From Takakia lepidozioides (lineage: Eukaryota; Plantae; Bryophyta), in NCBI GenBank assembly GCA_030704615.1, contig CM060731.1, positions 78,244,001 to 78,308,000 on the forward strand: 64,000 nucleotides of DNA. The letters are read 5' to 3'. Below the pieces are notes generated by a model. That model was not told the origin of the DNA, made no database searches, and saw only the letters and a program-made list of their open reading frames with translations. Shown here piece by piece: positions 48,001 through 61,874 of the stretch. The first letter of the stretch is position 1; the number at the start of each line of letters is the position of its first letter. A program made the position numbers and the translations under genes.

Positions 48001-49536
48001 CGTGCCCTTCTTTATGATCTCCGAATCTTTCTAGAGAGCTCAGTAGACAAGACGGCCGACCACTAAGAGCCGCTTTTCCGCTACTGGCCCTTTTCGTAAG
48101 TGGGCCCTATCTGTCTGGAGATATTTTAAGCAGGGGTACAGATGTTGATTTCCAAATATTCAACCAGAACGCATACAGTAGCTGGGCAGGAAAGAAAGAA
48201 TTGCCAGGATTGGCTCGGTAAGCAGCTTCATATGCTAAAGATCCCCTTAACATCTGAGGAATACTGGGATAGAGCACGGCGCGGTGGATAGGTAGTTGAG
48301 TTCTACCGTGCTGAATATACGTAACAGCAACTGCGATTGAGTAGTTAACAGCTGCGGAAGTATATCTGTGAAGGAGAAACAGGCGGCTGCGGTACTTGAA
48401 GATCGTAGTAACGGCTTGCTGGAGGCTGATGTACTATCTACCATTGTCAGTGTTGCAACGATGATGTGTGGTAAGCAGACCTCGGCAATGATGACCCTGG
48501 AAGCCGTTCGGATTCGTGAGCTCTATGTTGATGGGAGGTGCGCTACACTGATGGTCAGTCAGGTGGTGAATGTAAACATTTGGATATAATAATGGATAAG
48601 CGTCATTCTGAAATCTGAGATGAACTTACCAGCCCAGACCCAGTGCAGTCTGAAGAGATTAGACTTGAGTCCCCTATACTATGTACCATGTGAGAAAGGT
48701 GCTTGTCTGAATTGAGGAAGCGTAGAGAAGTATATGCAAGTGTTAAGCTCCCCAGACTTGCAGGTAATCTGTTCATGTAACTTGCTCCGCCATGGACACT
48801 TGGCCACAGTATCCAAAAGCCTCAGTAAGATCCAGTGGGCATGACTTCCACATATACTAGATTCTGGCACACCTCTTGAGCTAATGCCGTTCTTTGTGTA
48901 TGTCCAAGCAACCCTAAACATGTTCCAATTCCATCATAGTGCAAGAAACCGGGAGACTTGTATGGCTTCTTCTTTCCCTTTCCTTGTTGGGTTGCCATGA
49001 GCCATGTGCTTGGTGGTGTTTACTTTGAAAGAGATTAATATTTCGAAAGTTGTGGTGAATATGCAACCTGCATATTGATGTGATGAAGTTGGTTGTCCCT
49101 TTATGTGCTCATAACTCTTGAAAGCCTCCTAACCAGTACCAAACATTAGTATACTGGCATCATTGCACTCTATGAAACTACATCTCGTTTAGTCATTCTG
49201 TCCAACACTTCTTTCACACTTCCACTATGTCTTATTAGCTATTCACCAAGGAGCTTTGAACCAAGGAGATCCTATATGTAGTACCATTGCCATCTCTACT
49301 GAAGGAAGGAAATCTACATAAACTCTGGGAAGTTGCAGATTCAGGCTGCTGCTGCAGCAATTCCATCATGGGGTTTAGAGGTTTGGACCCTTCTTCCCTC
49401 TTTGCCTTCTTGGCTTGTACTCCAATGGCTTGAGTGCATGACTAGTTGTTGAACCCTGTGGCAGAGGCAAGAGAAGATTTATGTTATTCACTTTGCTGAA
49501 AATTCTTGGCTTTGTGGTTTGTTCTCGGAATTGCAG

Positions 49537-49602
49537 GGAGGCATATCTAACAGGGAAACGATTGTGCTGAAAATTATGTTCAAGCCTACATCAACTGTCG
49601 CT
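49537..49602 (+). pseudogene. Isolated chorismate synthase exon relic
   Basis: TTGCAG acceptor, then GGISNRETIVLKIMFKPTSTVA, resembling the GGISNGE...FKPTST signature; no other exons seen. Confidence 0.65.
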
Positions 49603-52278
49603 GGACATTCTCAGACTTGTGTACTGAAGCTCCATACTGATCATAGAAAACCAACCTCATCTAACCTTTCGTCGTGTTCAATAAGCTGACCTAATGCACA
49701 GTGGCTTGATGTAGTTTCCTTTCAGATACAAGCACACACATGGGCTAAGAGGAAAACCAACTTCATTGTCATGGCTCCACTCAATTTTTCATGCTCCTCT
49801 CATGCAGAGAAAATAGAAAATAACAACAGAAGTGAAGAACCATTTGTGGGATTTAGCCTTTGTAGTTGTTTGAGAGAAGGAAATTTTTCTCTAGACATTA
49901 CCTACTTTAGGGTCACAGTCACACCCGTCAGTGGTTGTCATCGCACTTTTGTCAAAAGGGTTTCAATCTCTTACCCTGATCAACTGCTGTTCTAGTGCTC
50001 ATTCCTCAGGAGACATAACCGACCTAAACGCGATGGTGGCCACGCGGGCTGCGGAGCGAAATTGCAGATGTCCTCACTGTGTAAAACCAATGCCCATCGC
50101 CCATCGAAGACCTACCCTTGTTCGACTTTGAGACGGGGTTACATGTTGAAGTCCAGTCTAAATGCCCACTAGTCCATTGAGCTGTATATATGCAAGGTGC
50201 ATGCATTGGATGCCGCGCATAAAATGTGGGAGTTGGCCAAAGCTTCAAGATTTCCCTTTTCCAAAGCTTCAGTTGAAGTGACACAACAAGAAGCAATGTG
50301 CTAGAGCTCATGTGGTCAGTGAGGAAGGCTTTCTTCCAAGATTGTTCTAATTGTGACTCACTTCTGGCTACAATTGCCAAGTGAGCGTCTCACCCCTAGA
50401 CTAAAGCCGGGAGCTTGGAGTTGCATGATGGAAAAGCTTGCGTTTGAAGATCGACGATGGAGACCCTAGTTTATAGTGCCTCTACAAGTGTATGGAGGGC
50501 AGAACGCATGTCTTCAAGCGGGCAACCACCACCAGATTAAAAAAATGGCTCTAAGCATTTGATCTGTGATCGCCAAAGTCTTGTTCTTTCTCCATAGAAG
50601 AAACTCCCCGACCTCCCCACACCCAACTGATTGCAATTTCTTGTAGGGTACTGAACGGAGCAAATGCAGCCATGGCAGGTTGCATCCATTGCGTCTGTCA
50701 AGGATATTATGTGATAAGCTTGTGAGATCCTGTATCGAGTACGCCTCTATGGCTCTATGTCCAACTTTGCATACTCGTAAAATGGCTTTGTGAGAGGTCT
50801 TTCATAACTCGTCAATTGGACGTATTCCTCTCAAGCAATGTCGAGCATATTCCTCATGTAGTTGCCATGCTGAGGTTCTCAGGTTCCAGAGGGTCACGAG
50901 TCTGCCCTGTCTCCCCTACAGCTCGACTGGACCACAGCTGTGATTCAACATCACGATTTCTGGCAATGCATAACTCTGGATCCGCATAGGAACATTCTTG
51001 TCAATTTTTCAACAATCTGGCTGATGTAGGTCTGTACCGCTTCTTCAAGCAGATAGAACAACTGGAGTCTAGACTTTCACGAATCTGGGTTCTGATTGGT
51101 AGAGGTGACAATTTGAGACATGGAAGCTGAAGATGCATCAAAATGGATTCATAACTCGAAGTGTTTCACAATGTTGACAGAAGTGCTACCGCTTAGTTAC
51201 TGTCATTAAGTAGGGAGAATGATGTCCAATCCTCACTCTCGTGTTGTCCCTGAGGAGAAAACATAAGCGGTGACTTGCTAAAGGATCAATCGACTCTCCA
51301 ACATCCCACTCCCTTTATCAACTGGCTAAAACTCAAGATCTCTGCTCACAACTCTTCGTTCCTTCCTCTTTCCACAAACGTGCCCAGATTGAAACTTGCG
51401 GATGAATCCTCGAAGTACTCCATGGATTTTCACTGGGACTCGAACAAAGAACGTGATGCCTGGGCTTGCACAACTGCTGGATTCCAGATTTCTTGGTAAT
51501 GGGACTTTGTTGAGCGGTGGGCACTGGGCACTGTAGCTGGGCTGTTTCGTGTGACCTACGTCTTAGAGAAGATGAATGTCGTATATTTTCTACGAATGTT
51601 TGTGGGGCCGCTAGATGAATCCTGACTGTGGAACAGCATAGGGCGGTGATGGCGGGAAATGTGGATGTGGGCAGCGCTGCCGTTCTCCAGAGCCTTCAAT
51701 TTCGATCCGTCCTCCCGCTCGGGGATCACCATAGCCGGTAGTGGTGGGTATCTTCGTAATTGGTTTTGTTGCTGAAGATGTGTAAGGTAGCCTTCGTTGT
51801 GCTTTGGCTCCATATTGTGTCAGCCGCGGCACGGCCAAGTGGGTCTTCTGCGCTTTGAGGTGTGTAAGTTCTTTCTCATCGCTGTGTGCAGGATATAGGA
51901 TGTTTATGTATGAAGTGGGATCCCTGTGATCTCTCTTAGTCTTTTGTCTTTCGTTGCGGCTACAACCACCCTCGTCCCTTGTGAAAAGGACGGTAGGCAG
52001 TCTTCCCTGTGGCGGTTGTCCCTCTTCATTGTTCGTGATAATTGCAAGCCATTTTCCAATTCGTTTCTGTTCCATCTTTGGGATCGTGTAACTTGCAAGG
52101 TTTAAAGTCTTCTTGGTTTTTGTCGTTACTCTTCCCTGATATTGCTATACGCAAATCCACAGGGGTTTTTATTGTGTCTCGGGTATTTTTGAATTCGTGG
52201 ACAAAGGGAGGAACTGCAAAGGAGAAGCAGCCAACCCTGGTTATTACAAGGAGCAGGGATCACTTGAAAGCTTAGGCC

Positions 52279-55200
52279 ATGGCATCAATGCTGACGTCAA
52301 ATGCCATTTTGGCACTCAGTGGTGGCGACGTCGATTTGAGGCCAGTGCTTCAGGTCAGTGGTTTCACTTTCTCTGACTGTGGTATGAATTCTAGGGATGT
52401 GGATAGTCGTGTGTGTTGTCTGTTACTCGACTCCCATGATGAAGATACCATTTTAGTTTGCCAGACGTTTATGATTTGTCTGTGGTGGTTATAAGCTGTG
52501 CGAAATTTTGAAATCGCCACTGTCGCACGAACGAATTGGATGCAATAAGAGATTAACACAAGTATTGGGAAATCTGGGCTGCTACTTGCAAAAAAGATTG
52601 TTTAGCAGACAGTATGGCATGGTGCAGGTGATGGACGTCCGTCAAATAGGGAATGCACAGACTACCCAGGAGCGTTATCGCCTTGTGCTTTCAGATGGTT
52701 TGCATTTACAGCAGGCTATGCTGGCCACACAGCTAAATGAGCATGTGAAGTCTGGCAAAGTGATGAAGGGCTCAATTGTGCAACTTCTTGAATATATCTG
52801 CAACACTGTGCAGAATAGAAAGTGAGTCTCTTGTGATCTTCTTAACTTTCCTGCTTTTGGAGGAGGACTGGAGCACAGCAAAGTAGGGAATTGATTGTTT
52901 TTAGCTTTTGGCATCTGCGTCTTTTTCTGTTGGTGTTCTTTTAGAGATGGTTTTATCATATATTTGCAGACCCGGTGCTCATTGGGGAAGCAGGAAAAAA
53001 CTGGAGGGATGCTGTTTGTTGTAGGTCATTCAGCCGTTTTCTTTGTCCTTTTTGGAAAACCACAATCTGATGCCACCCTGTCTCTTCTGGATAAGAGCAA
53101 GCTTCAAATCTGGAGCTTTACCATGAACTACTAGTACAAGAGCACATCATTCCAGAAATCTTTGTCAGCTTATGTAACTGGGTGGAAGACATGCTTCAGT
53201 GCTTGTGGCACTGTTTTCTGTTGGGCTTTAGTATGTGCGCACAAATTCCATTATGCTCATGCTCAAGGTGTCGGCTGAAGAGTGTGGTCTTGTTGCAATA
53301 GGGTTTTTCATATCAGACCTCATGTATGTCTGAAGCTTTTATGGGCAGGAATCGTTGAGTTATTTGTGTGTGTTTGCAGAATCATCATCATCTTAAATAT
53401 GGAGGTAGTAGCTTCTCAGGCAGAAATCGTAGGAGATCCCAAGCCCTTGATAGCAGGTGCAGAGCAACAAGCAGCAGGTCCAGGTCCTGGTCCTGGCAGT
53501 GTGCAACATCAACAGCAGCCTCCTGCAGTCTCTGCACAACCCCAGCCTCAGCAAGCATTTGGCACTAATGTGCAGAATGGCAGATTAGGGGGGTTAGGAC
53601 AACCAATGAATGGGAGTTATACTGAAGGGCGGGGGGCAGGGAACAGTGTGCCTCAGCCTTCAGCAGGGGCCTATAATGCATACTCTTCTGCAGGTTCTGG
53701 GAACAAGATTATCGAGCCTGGGGGGTTTCAGAGGTCTTCCACTTTGGGTGGATATCAAGCAGGGAATGGGGGGCTTAATCACCAAGTCCAACCGCAGAAC
53801 CCCTATGGAAAGCCCATTGTTGCGTCACCTTACCAGCCTGCCCCTATGTATTCAAACAGGGGACCAATTGCTAAGAATGAAGCTCCGGCAAGAATTGTGC
53901 CCATTGCGGCCTTAAACCCATATCAGGGTCGGTGGACAATCAAAGCGCGAGTGACTGCTAAAAGTGATATTCGTCGTTTCCATAATGCAAAGGGCGATGG
54001 CAAGGTGTGCTCTTTTGACCTTCTGGATGGCGATGGTGGAGAGATTCGAGTCACGTGCTTCAACACTGTGGTGGATCAATTCTTTGACAGAATAGAGGTC
54101 GGCAGGGTTTATCTGGTTACCAAAGGTTCTCTCAAGGCAGCACAGAAAAAATTCAACCATCTGAAGAATGAGTGGGAAATATTCTTGGAATCTTCGTCAA
54201 CTGTGGAACCTTGCATGGAGGAGGATGGATCAATTCCCCAGCAACACTATGACTTCAAGCCTATAAGTGATATTGAGAATATGGAGAATGATGCGATCCT
54301 AGATATTGTTGGTATAGTTGTGGCAACAAACCCATCAAATACAATTATGCGCAAGAATGGCCTTGAGACACAAAAGAGAACTCTTCAGTTGAGGGATAGG
54401 TCTGGTCGTAGTGTGGAAATTACTATGTGGGGGGCTTTCTGTGGCAAAGAAGGGCAGGTACTGCAAGATCTCTGTGATTCTGGTCAATACCCTGTCCTGG
54501 TTGTGAAGGCAGGGCGGGTCAGTGACTTCAGTGGCAGGTCAGTTGGAACAATCTCTTCAACACAGCTGCTTATCAACCCTGACATCCCAGCAGCACATCA
54601 AGTACGGGATTGGTTCGATCGGGAGGGGAAGAACTCAGAGTCTCAGTCAATTTCCAGGGAAGGTGGTGCTGGTGGCCGTGTGGAGGTTCGCAAGACAGTC
54701 TCTGCAATCAAGGATGAAGGACTCGGACGAAATGATAAACCCGACTGGATAGCAGTTAGAGCTACTGTCTTTTTTGTAAAGACGGAAAGCTTTTGCTACA
54801 CCGCATGCCCCCTTCTCCTCGGCGATAAGCAGTGCAACAAGAAAGTGACCAACAATGGAGATGGTACGTGGCGGTGTGATCGATGTGATCGTTCTGTACC
54901 TGAATGTGACTACAGGTCAGTGCGTCTTTTCTGAAGATTGCACCTGTTTTCGTACATACATGCTAATTCTGCAACAGAAAGGGGTAGGGAAGACTATGGG
55001 CACACGACTGGTGAGGACACTTAAAATGCAAAAGTACTAAGAGCAGTGGTAGGTTGGAAAAGGGATGTAGAGGCTAGAATAGCATCTAGTTGAGCTTGCT
55101 CATGATCGATGCCTGGTGAACATGAGAGTTTTAAAGGAGTTCTTCTTCTGGCATTGCAAGGAGTGGATTTCTATCAGTAACTTTTCAAACACTGTCGGAG

Positions 55201-56153
55201 TGCTGCGGGTGGATGGTCTCTGGCATTTTTTCCTAACTTTCATAATTTATTGAAGTATTGAGTGGACAGATGTTGAAACTGGAAACTGCACGATCAGCGA
55301 AAGGCCTATCTAATTATTCAGTCAGCACTAAAAGTATACAATGTCTGTAGTAAATTTGTGTCTCTACATACCCTTGTTAATGCCAGAACTCCCTGCAACT
55401 TTTAGGATATTATCAGGGTACTAAGGAGTATGTCAGGAACTCCTGAGTCATACTGAGATTTATGTTTTGAAATGGATCAAACTTTTAGGCGGTGCCTTTT
55501 TATGTCAGTGCCAGTACATTGCTGATGTGTCACATGTTTTCCAAATGAATCAGTGTTTTGCAGGATGGATCTCACCAGATACTGATGTTACTTTTTTGTG
55601 TCGAAAACCTTCTGACAGGTATCTGCTGAATCTTCAAGTGCAAGATCATACAGGTCTGACATGGATCACAGCCTTTCAAGAGGCAGGGAAGGACATCATA
55701 GGATATCCAGCCAAGGAGCTTTACATGTGGAATCAAGATCAAAGCCTTAAGTTTGATGAGACTATCCAGAGACTGCTGTTTACTCAGCACATTTTCAAGT
55801 TGAAGGTGAAGGAAGAGATGTACAACGATGAACAACGGATAAAATCAACAGTGGTCAAGTCAGATGCTATTGACTGGGTTGCGGAGAGTAAGCTTATGAT
55901 AGATTGGATAGGGAAACTAGCCAGAGGGGAAGCTGCCCATGGGCCAAGTGTAGCAACCATTAGTGGAAGTGGGGTGGGTGGAACTTACGCATCTGCCACA
56001 CCTGGTTTTGGTGGGCCCTCCTATGGCGTGACTACAACTGCAGGCACAGGGCCAAGCTTGGGAGGAGGAGGTGGATATGGAGGGGTTGGTGGCGGTGGCT
56101 ATGCTGAAGCTTTTAACGGAAATGGAAACACGTATGGGGGAGGAGGGGGATGA
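52279..56153 (+). CDS. RPA1: Replication protein A 70 kDa subunit; exons 52279-52353, 52628-52821, 53380-54915, 55619-56153
   Basis: PVLQV, RYRLVLSDG, QAMLATQLN, PIAALNPYQGRWTIKARVT, YTACP..CNKKV..WRCDRC, YRYLL, EEMYNDEQR; all introns GT-AG and in phase. Confidence 0.96.
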
Positions 56154-56490
56154 GTTGGTGGTGGCACCAGTGGCCAGTGCTTCAAGTGTGGCAAGGAAGG
56201 TCACTTCGCAAGAGATTGTACAAATGATGCTGGTGGAGCTCGTGGCGGAGCAAGCTATGGGGGAGCTGGGGGCTTTGGTGGTGGCGGCTCTGGTTCTAGT
56301 TCAACTAACAATTGTTTCAAATGTGGGCAAGGAGGGCACTTTGCTAGAGATTGTCCTAATCAAGGAGGTAGTGGGGGAGCAGGATATGGTGGGAGAAGCT
56401 CTGGGGGAGGGGGTTATGGAGGTACAGGAGGATTTTGGGGGAGGGGGTGGTTTTGGTGGAAGGAGTGGGGGCTACGGTGGGGGCTATTGA
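56154..56490 (+). pseudogene. Gly-rich tail with two CCHC zinc knuckles, in frame behind the RPA1 TGA
   Basis: GG*VGGGTSGQCFKCGKEGHFARDC...CFKCGQGGHFARDC; +1 frameshift near 56435 before GGYGGGY*. Confidence 0.85.
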
Positions 56491-57834
56491 GAGCTTTTGC
56501 ACGGTACTGAAACAGGGGACACTATGACTTGAAATCTGCAGTGGTCCTGTTTGAGGTCCGCCATATTGATTGTCTTATAATTGCACAAAGAGCTGGTAGG
56601 CAACCATGGTTGCAAATGAAAGGCCAGCCTACACTGAAGAGCTTCAAATCATCCTCCAGATATGCCAGTTTAACATCTATCTTACATTTTTTGGCTATAG
56701 AGAGGGCTAAGCCAATGCAGGATAGGGAGAGATGTCTCTAATGAGCAGACCTGGCTGGGCTGGCATCTGCTGTATGTACACTTCGTAGTGCACTGGAGGC
56801 TAGCTTGTAACATAGATATTTCTTAGGGGGGCAGTTTTCAAAGCCTCCCTGTCATGAGCTTTCTTGTAGTCAAATCGAAGAAAACTGTGGACCAACTGTA
56901 CACCACACATCAATATAGCTCTGGTAGTTCTCCACTTCAAAGCGCTCAAGCACTCCTATGTCAACCTTCACTCTAGTGCTGTGAATCACGTAGCTGTCAC
57001 ATGCCTTAAACAGATTGTCCGATTGACCTTGAATTGACCAGTATAGCGCTCTAAGTTCTCTGTCTTTCAAGGAGGCGCTTCCAGGTTCCATCTTCACCCA
57101 GCCTTTCCTCCACAATGTCAAGTTGATCGCGAATGCTTTAAAAAAAATCCGCGATGCCTTTCATGCAGGCTGCGTTCAGATGACAACAGGGACACAAACC
57201 TTTAGTGACAATAAACAGCTTGAGCAATCGGTAAGTGTGCATGAATGGCCTGCATCACATTTCTAAGAACATGTAGTGCATAATTGGTGCATGGTGCAGC
57301 GAATGACCATTTTATGCACACAGGTGGACTGATTAAAGGATGTCACACACACTAGACGAAACTGACTCCAAAAACTCCAATGTAATTAGAGTTGTTGAAC
57401 TGCTAGGGCATCACGAACGAGACTCATGTCTGAAGAATTCATTACATCAATAGAATCTCATTTGGAAAATTTATCAGGTTACCAGAAAAATTTCTGAGTG
57501 CGGCCACAAAGAATTTTTCGTAAACCTCGCCAGAAGCCTTGAGCCGGTCAGATACTATCCGCATCTGGTTAGCCTGGCGTGTGCGACGTGCAGTATTGAA
57601 AAGTGCCCCAGTAACAATCGGAACCCTAGAAAGCTTCCGAGCCCAAGAATCACGTTAGCTGCGATGACAAAACCACCATTAGTTTCATGAGATATCCAAC
57701 GTGATCAGTTGAGAACCCAGCTTTGGTCAAAACGCTGGCCTTATACATACGTGGAACCTGTCTAAAGAGTACAAAGAAAATTAAAGATACATCACGGATA
57801 ATAGTTGCAATCGAAGTCAAACACAATGATTATG

Positions 57835-58026
57835 TGTTAAAGGGTTTGTAGATTAGTAAGTCAAGTAGTAAGTAACCTTTCATATCTCGTAGACTAGAGA
57901 CACTTCGCAAGAGATGTAAAGGTATGTTCAGAGACTGTAATACAACGCTTCTATTCTGTCTCAGCTCTCTCTCTCTCACTTGTATGTTTACTCATATATA
58001 GAATGTAGATATTAACATGGTATCAG
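57835..58026 (+). mobile_element. Short LTR (183 bp) + PBS; TRIM/copia-like remnant
   Basis: TGTTAA...TTAACA followed immediately by TGGTATCAG. Confidence 0.5.
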
Positions 58027-58303
58027 GCCTCTATAGATAATATAGAACGATCCGATGGGATGGGACTCTTTGTTTCAAATTGACCTTAACATTCTATGAG
58101 TTTTGAGCTTTCTCAAGTAGCTTGAAGGTAGCACCAAGCTCTCCTGTCCCCAACCAAACCAAAAAGTCTCACCGACAAAATCAAATGTATAATGTCTTCA
58201 GAAAACATAGGGTCCTGAAATTCTATAGGAAGAGTAAATCCTAATCAGTGCCACAATGGCATCCTCCTCGTCTGATCAAAGAACCATAAACTAGATGGTT
58301 CTA

Positions 58304-60689
58304 TGTCGCGGCCCTTTGCCTTGAGGGCAGGGGGGTCGGGACATAAGAGGGGTTGCCCCTGTGGTGGGGGCAGTGGCAACAATAGATGCGGGGGCTGAAG
58401 CACCCTTGATTGCCCAAGGCACTCAAGGAGGCGGAGGCACTCACTAGGTGGAGCCCTGCACACCGGGTTGCGGTGGAGGTGGCTCCACGAGGGGTGGTGG
58501 TAGCTTAGTGGGTCTTAGTGGGGGTGGCATAGGACTCACCATGGGGCGGAGACCTTGTGGTGGGAGTCGTGGGGAGTCTTGGGACTCATCACGGGCCAAT
58601 GGGGCCGTGGTGGGTGGGCCAAGACTCACCTCGACTCATCACCGGGAGTCGAGGGTCTTCGTGGTGGTTCACCATAAAATGGCAAGGTTGTTTGTGAAAC
58701 CCCCGCGGACAGTCACAGAAGTATATATAGGGAGTAGTAACCCCGAGAACGGTGCAAGCCCGTTGGTGACCAAAAACTAGTGAGTAAGCGAGCGAGCCGG
58801 AAAGCGACCAAGGAGTGGGGAGCTATTCCGGACTGCCATCTACCAAAGGGAATTTCCATTAGGCCTAAATTGGTGGAGGGTCTTTTGGAAGAGTAAAGGG
58901 GGACCGTTATGTCCCAGTGAGCAGCCGAAGCTCCGAGTTGGCCCGGCGGCCAGGATGGGAGTTAGGCGCGCGCATCAAAGCGAGTAACTATGACTTGAAG
59001 GAGAGCTTACCACCGAAGTGAGGTGCGCGACACTTGATATCAGAGCTTAGAGTTCCGTACGCGATCGTCCTTGGGATCGGCCTCATCATGGGGTCAGGCA
59101 AGCCAAAGCGAAAGCGGAACGGCCCGAAAGATGATAATCCTGGTGAGCCTGATGGGGGCGACGTGTCACCGAAGCGGCCATTTGAGGAAGCGATGCATGC
59201 TTTTGAAAGCGAGGCCGCTCAAGAACGGGAGGTATCTGAGGAGTCGGAGCCCGAATTCCTGAGAGCTCCGACAAACCAACAGATGTCTCACATGCCATCA
59301 GCTTTTTGGGAAGGGTTGTTGGCGCAGTTTGGCGGGACGTTGAAAGACGTGTTGAAGGCGGCTAATGTCACTTCCACTAAGACAAAGTTTAAGGTGAAGC
59401 CTAAGGAACCCGGCAACTTCGAGGGCGTCCGAAATCGGAAAGCACTCAGCACCTGGCTCTTGGAGCTAGAGCAGTACTTCCGGGCGGCCAAGTTGAGTGA
59501 TGAGGATCGGGTGGAAGTGGCTCCCACCTATTTGAGGAGCAATGCTCAACAATGGTGGCAGAAACGCCTTCATGACCGAGGTCCAACCCCGGAAACTTTG
59601 AACTGTAGTGGGTTCAAGGAATTTATGAAGAGACAGTTTGTGCCCCTCAACGCGTCCTGGCTCGTCCCGGGACAAGATGAGGAATTTGAAGCAAACGGAT
59701 GACATTCGGGGATATGTTCAGGCTTTCAATGTGTTGTTGCTCGAAGTCGCGGACATGGCAGAACCAGAAATGGTCTTCAACTTTGTGGCGGGACTGGCCC
59801 CATGGGCAAGGCGGAAGTTGGAGGAGAAGTCACCCAAGACTTTGAACGAGGCAATTGAGAGGGCTGAATGTTTCTTATATGTCCCTAAGGGCGAAAGACA
59901 AGGCCGTACGGAGCTGAACCACAAGAAGGCCCGACGGGGGGGGGGTGACTCCTTCCGACCGGAAAATAAGTGGGATAAGCCACGCGGCGACAATGGCACG
60001 TGGAAATCGAAGGGAGGGCCTTCATATGTCAAGGCAGCACCCAGTGCTCCGAAAGGAAAAGCAGGTGCGGCGGCTTATGGCGGACAGAAGGCGACCTTCG
60101 ATGGAGTGTGCTTCAATTGCGGGGAGCCCGGGCACATGGCCAAGAAGTGCACGAAACCCCGACAATTGAACATGACTCAGGCGGCCACGGAGCTGTCCGA
60201 AGATTCAATCAGCCGCTTGGTGGAGGCGGTGGTCGTCAAGATTTGCAAGGTAGGCAACTACTCTTGTGAGTTGTATCAGGAAACTGACGCCTTGCGTAAA
60301 GGAAGTCAGTTAATGTTCGTGGATGGGATAATTTCCGGAACTAACGTGTCGTTGTTGGTGGACACAGGAGCGTCGCACTCCTTCATGACACCGGCAACAG
60401 CACGAAAGCTGGGGCTCCTGACAAGTGACATGGGGGCCTCTATTGAGGTGCGTTCTGCTAAAGGAGAACCACAATTGGCAACGAGGTTGGTGTTCGATGT
60501 TTCTCTTCCACTGGGGAATTGGGAGGGACGTGAGAACTTCACCATTTGCGAGATCGATGGAGTGGATCTCATTTTGGGGATGACATTTTTGAGCAAATCT
60601 GGAGCGGTCATAGATGGCCGCAAGAAAGTAGTCACGCTGCTGTGTGGGAATGGTGACGAAGTTTTACGAGTTTCGGAAACGTCCAACCC
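58304..60689 (+). mobile_element. Chromovirus 5' part: LTR 58304-59032, PBS 59035-59046, gag-PR from 59088 (frameshift ~59665); 3'-truncated
   Basis: TGTCGCGG...[44 protein letters not shown]. Confidence 0.94.
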
Positions 60690-61407
60690 TGGGGGGTGCA
60701 CTTTTTATAAAATGTGCATATCACGTGCGTTCACCGACTAATAAAAACCCCCCCTGTATAAGGGTCCTTGGATAAGTGATACCCTCTCTGTACATATTTT
60801 TTGAGGATTATAAAACCCTCTCCTGTACATATACAAAAATTTACAATTTTTAAAAAGTACCCCCTTCTATATGTATATTCTCATTTTCAATCATTAAAAA
60901 ATACCCTCAAATATGTATATGTATGTTTTTACATTATATCAAGTTTCTTCATTTAGAAACATAATAAAATCCAATAAATTAATTAAAAATATATCTATTT
61001 TCCCTTGATAAGATTGTCAAAGACTTTCCGCTCAATACTTAGGCTTTCACTTCACGGAGCAACTTACATCTGTACCAGCCTTGAGTTTTATTGACAGAGC
61101 AACACATACTCTTAGTGCTCTTTATCATTAAAGTATACAGAATCTATTGGCATGGTTCTGTTCACCAGTAATAGATAAGAGTATACATTGTACCATTTGG
61201 TGGTTAATCCAGAGATAACATTATACATCTGAAACCCCGGACTCTTGGAGATAAGATGTCTTGAACAATACATTCTGATTCATAACTGAAACCATGGTAC
61301 TATTTAGTATTTAATCAACATGGTAGGTAGCTTAAAAACTACTCTATAAGCTGGCTCAGCTTATTAGTATTATGGAAGATATGTGGTGTTGGAGGGAAAC
61401 ACAATTA

Positions 61408-61763
61408 CAATAGAGTTATCCGTAAAGGGTCCCAAACTCGGCATGAGAACCCTGAGTTTGGCCAAAACTCAGTATGAAACTCGAAACTCAGGATCAAGCG
61501 TTACGACTAGAAAAAAACACAAGACCAAACTGCTAGGACTAGGAAAATGGGGGTGGCAGGAGTTTGGTGCCGAGTTTTGTTAGTCGTCGAGGCGGAGGCG
61601 ATCAGAGCACACGAGCTCGCGCCATAGCAGCGGTTGCCCTCATCCCCAGTTTATGATTTGGTGCCCTCTTTTATGACTTCGTAACTCAAACTCAGGATGA
61701 AACCCGTAACTCGGGTCCAAACAGGGTACCAAACTCAGGCTCACTTTACGGATAACTCTATTG
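61408..61763. mobile_element. MITE-like element
   Basis: 20-bp perfect inverted repeats CAATAGAGTTATCCGTAAAG; internal AAACTC(A/G) repeats; no TSD found. Confidence 0.6.
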
Positions 61764-61874
61764 GGCATTGGGAATTGCAGAGTTCAACATGGAATTTTAG
61801 GGCCAATTCTGATAAGAGGGAAGAACAGGGTGAAATGTATCCCTTGGTGATTTTCCTTCCCTAGATAATTTGGC

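Noticed and set aside
51275-52100. Divergent gene upstream of RPA1
   Set aside because: Several short minus-strand ORFs, but no recognisable domain or consistent exon chain.
56870-57760. Minus-strand gene fragment downstream of RPA1
   Set aside because: Interrupted frames and no family I can recognise.
60690-60960. DNA transposon end truncating the chromovirus
   Set aside because: G-rich start and ACCC..TATA subrepeats are suggestive, but no matching second terminus was found.
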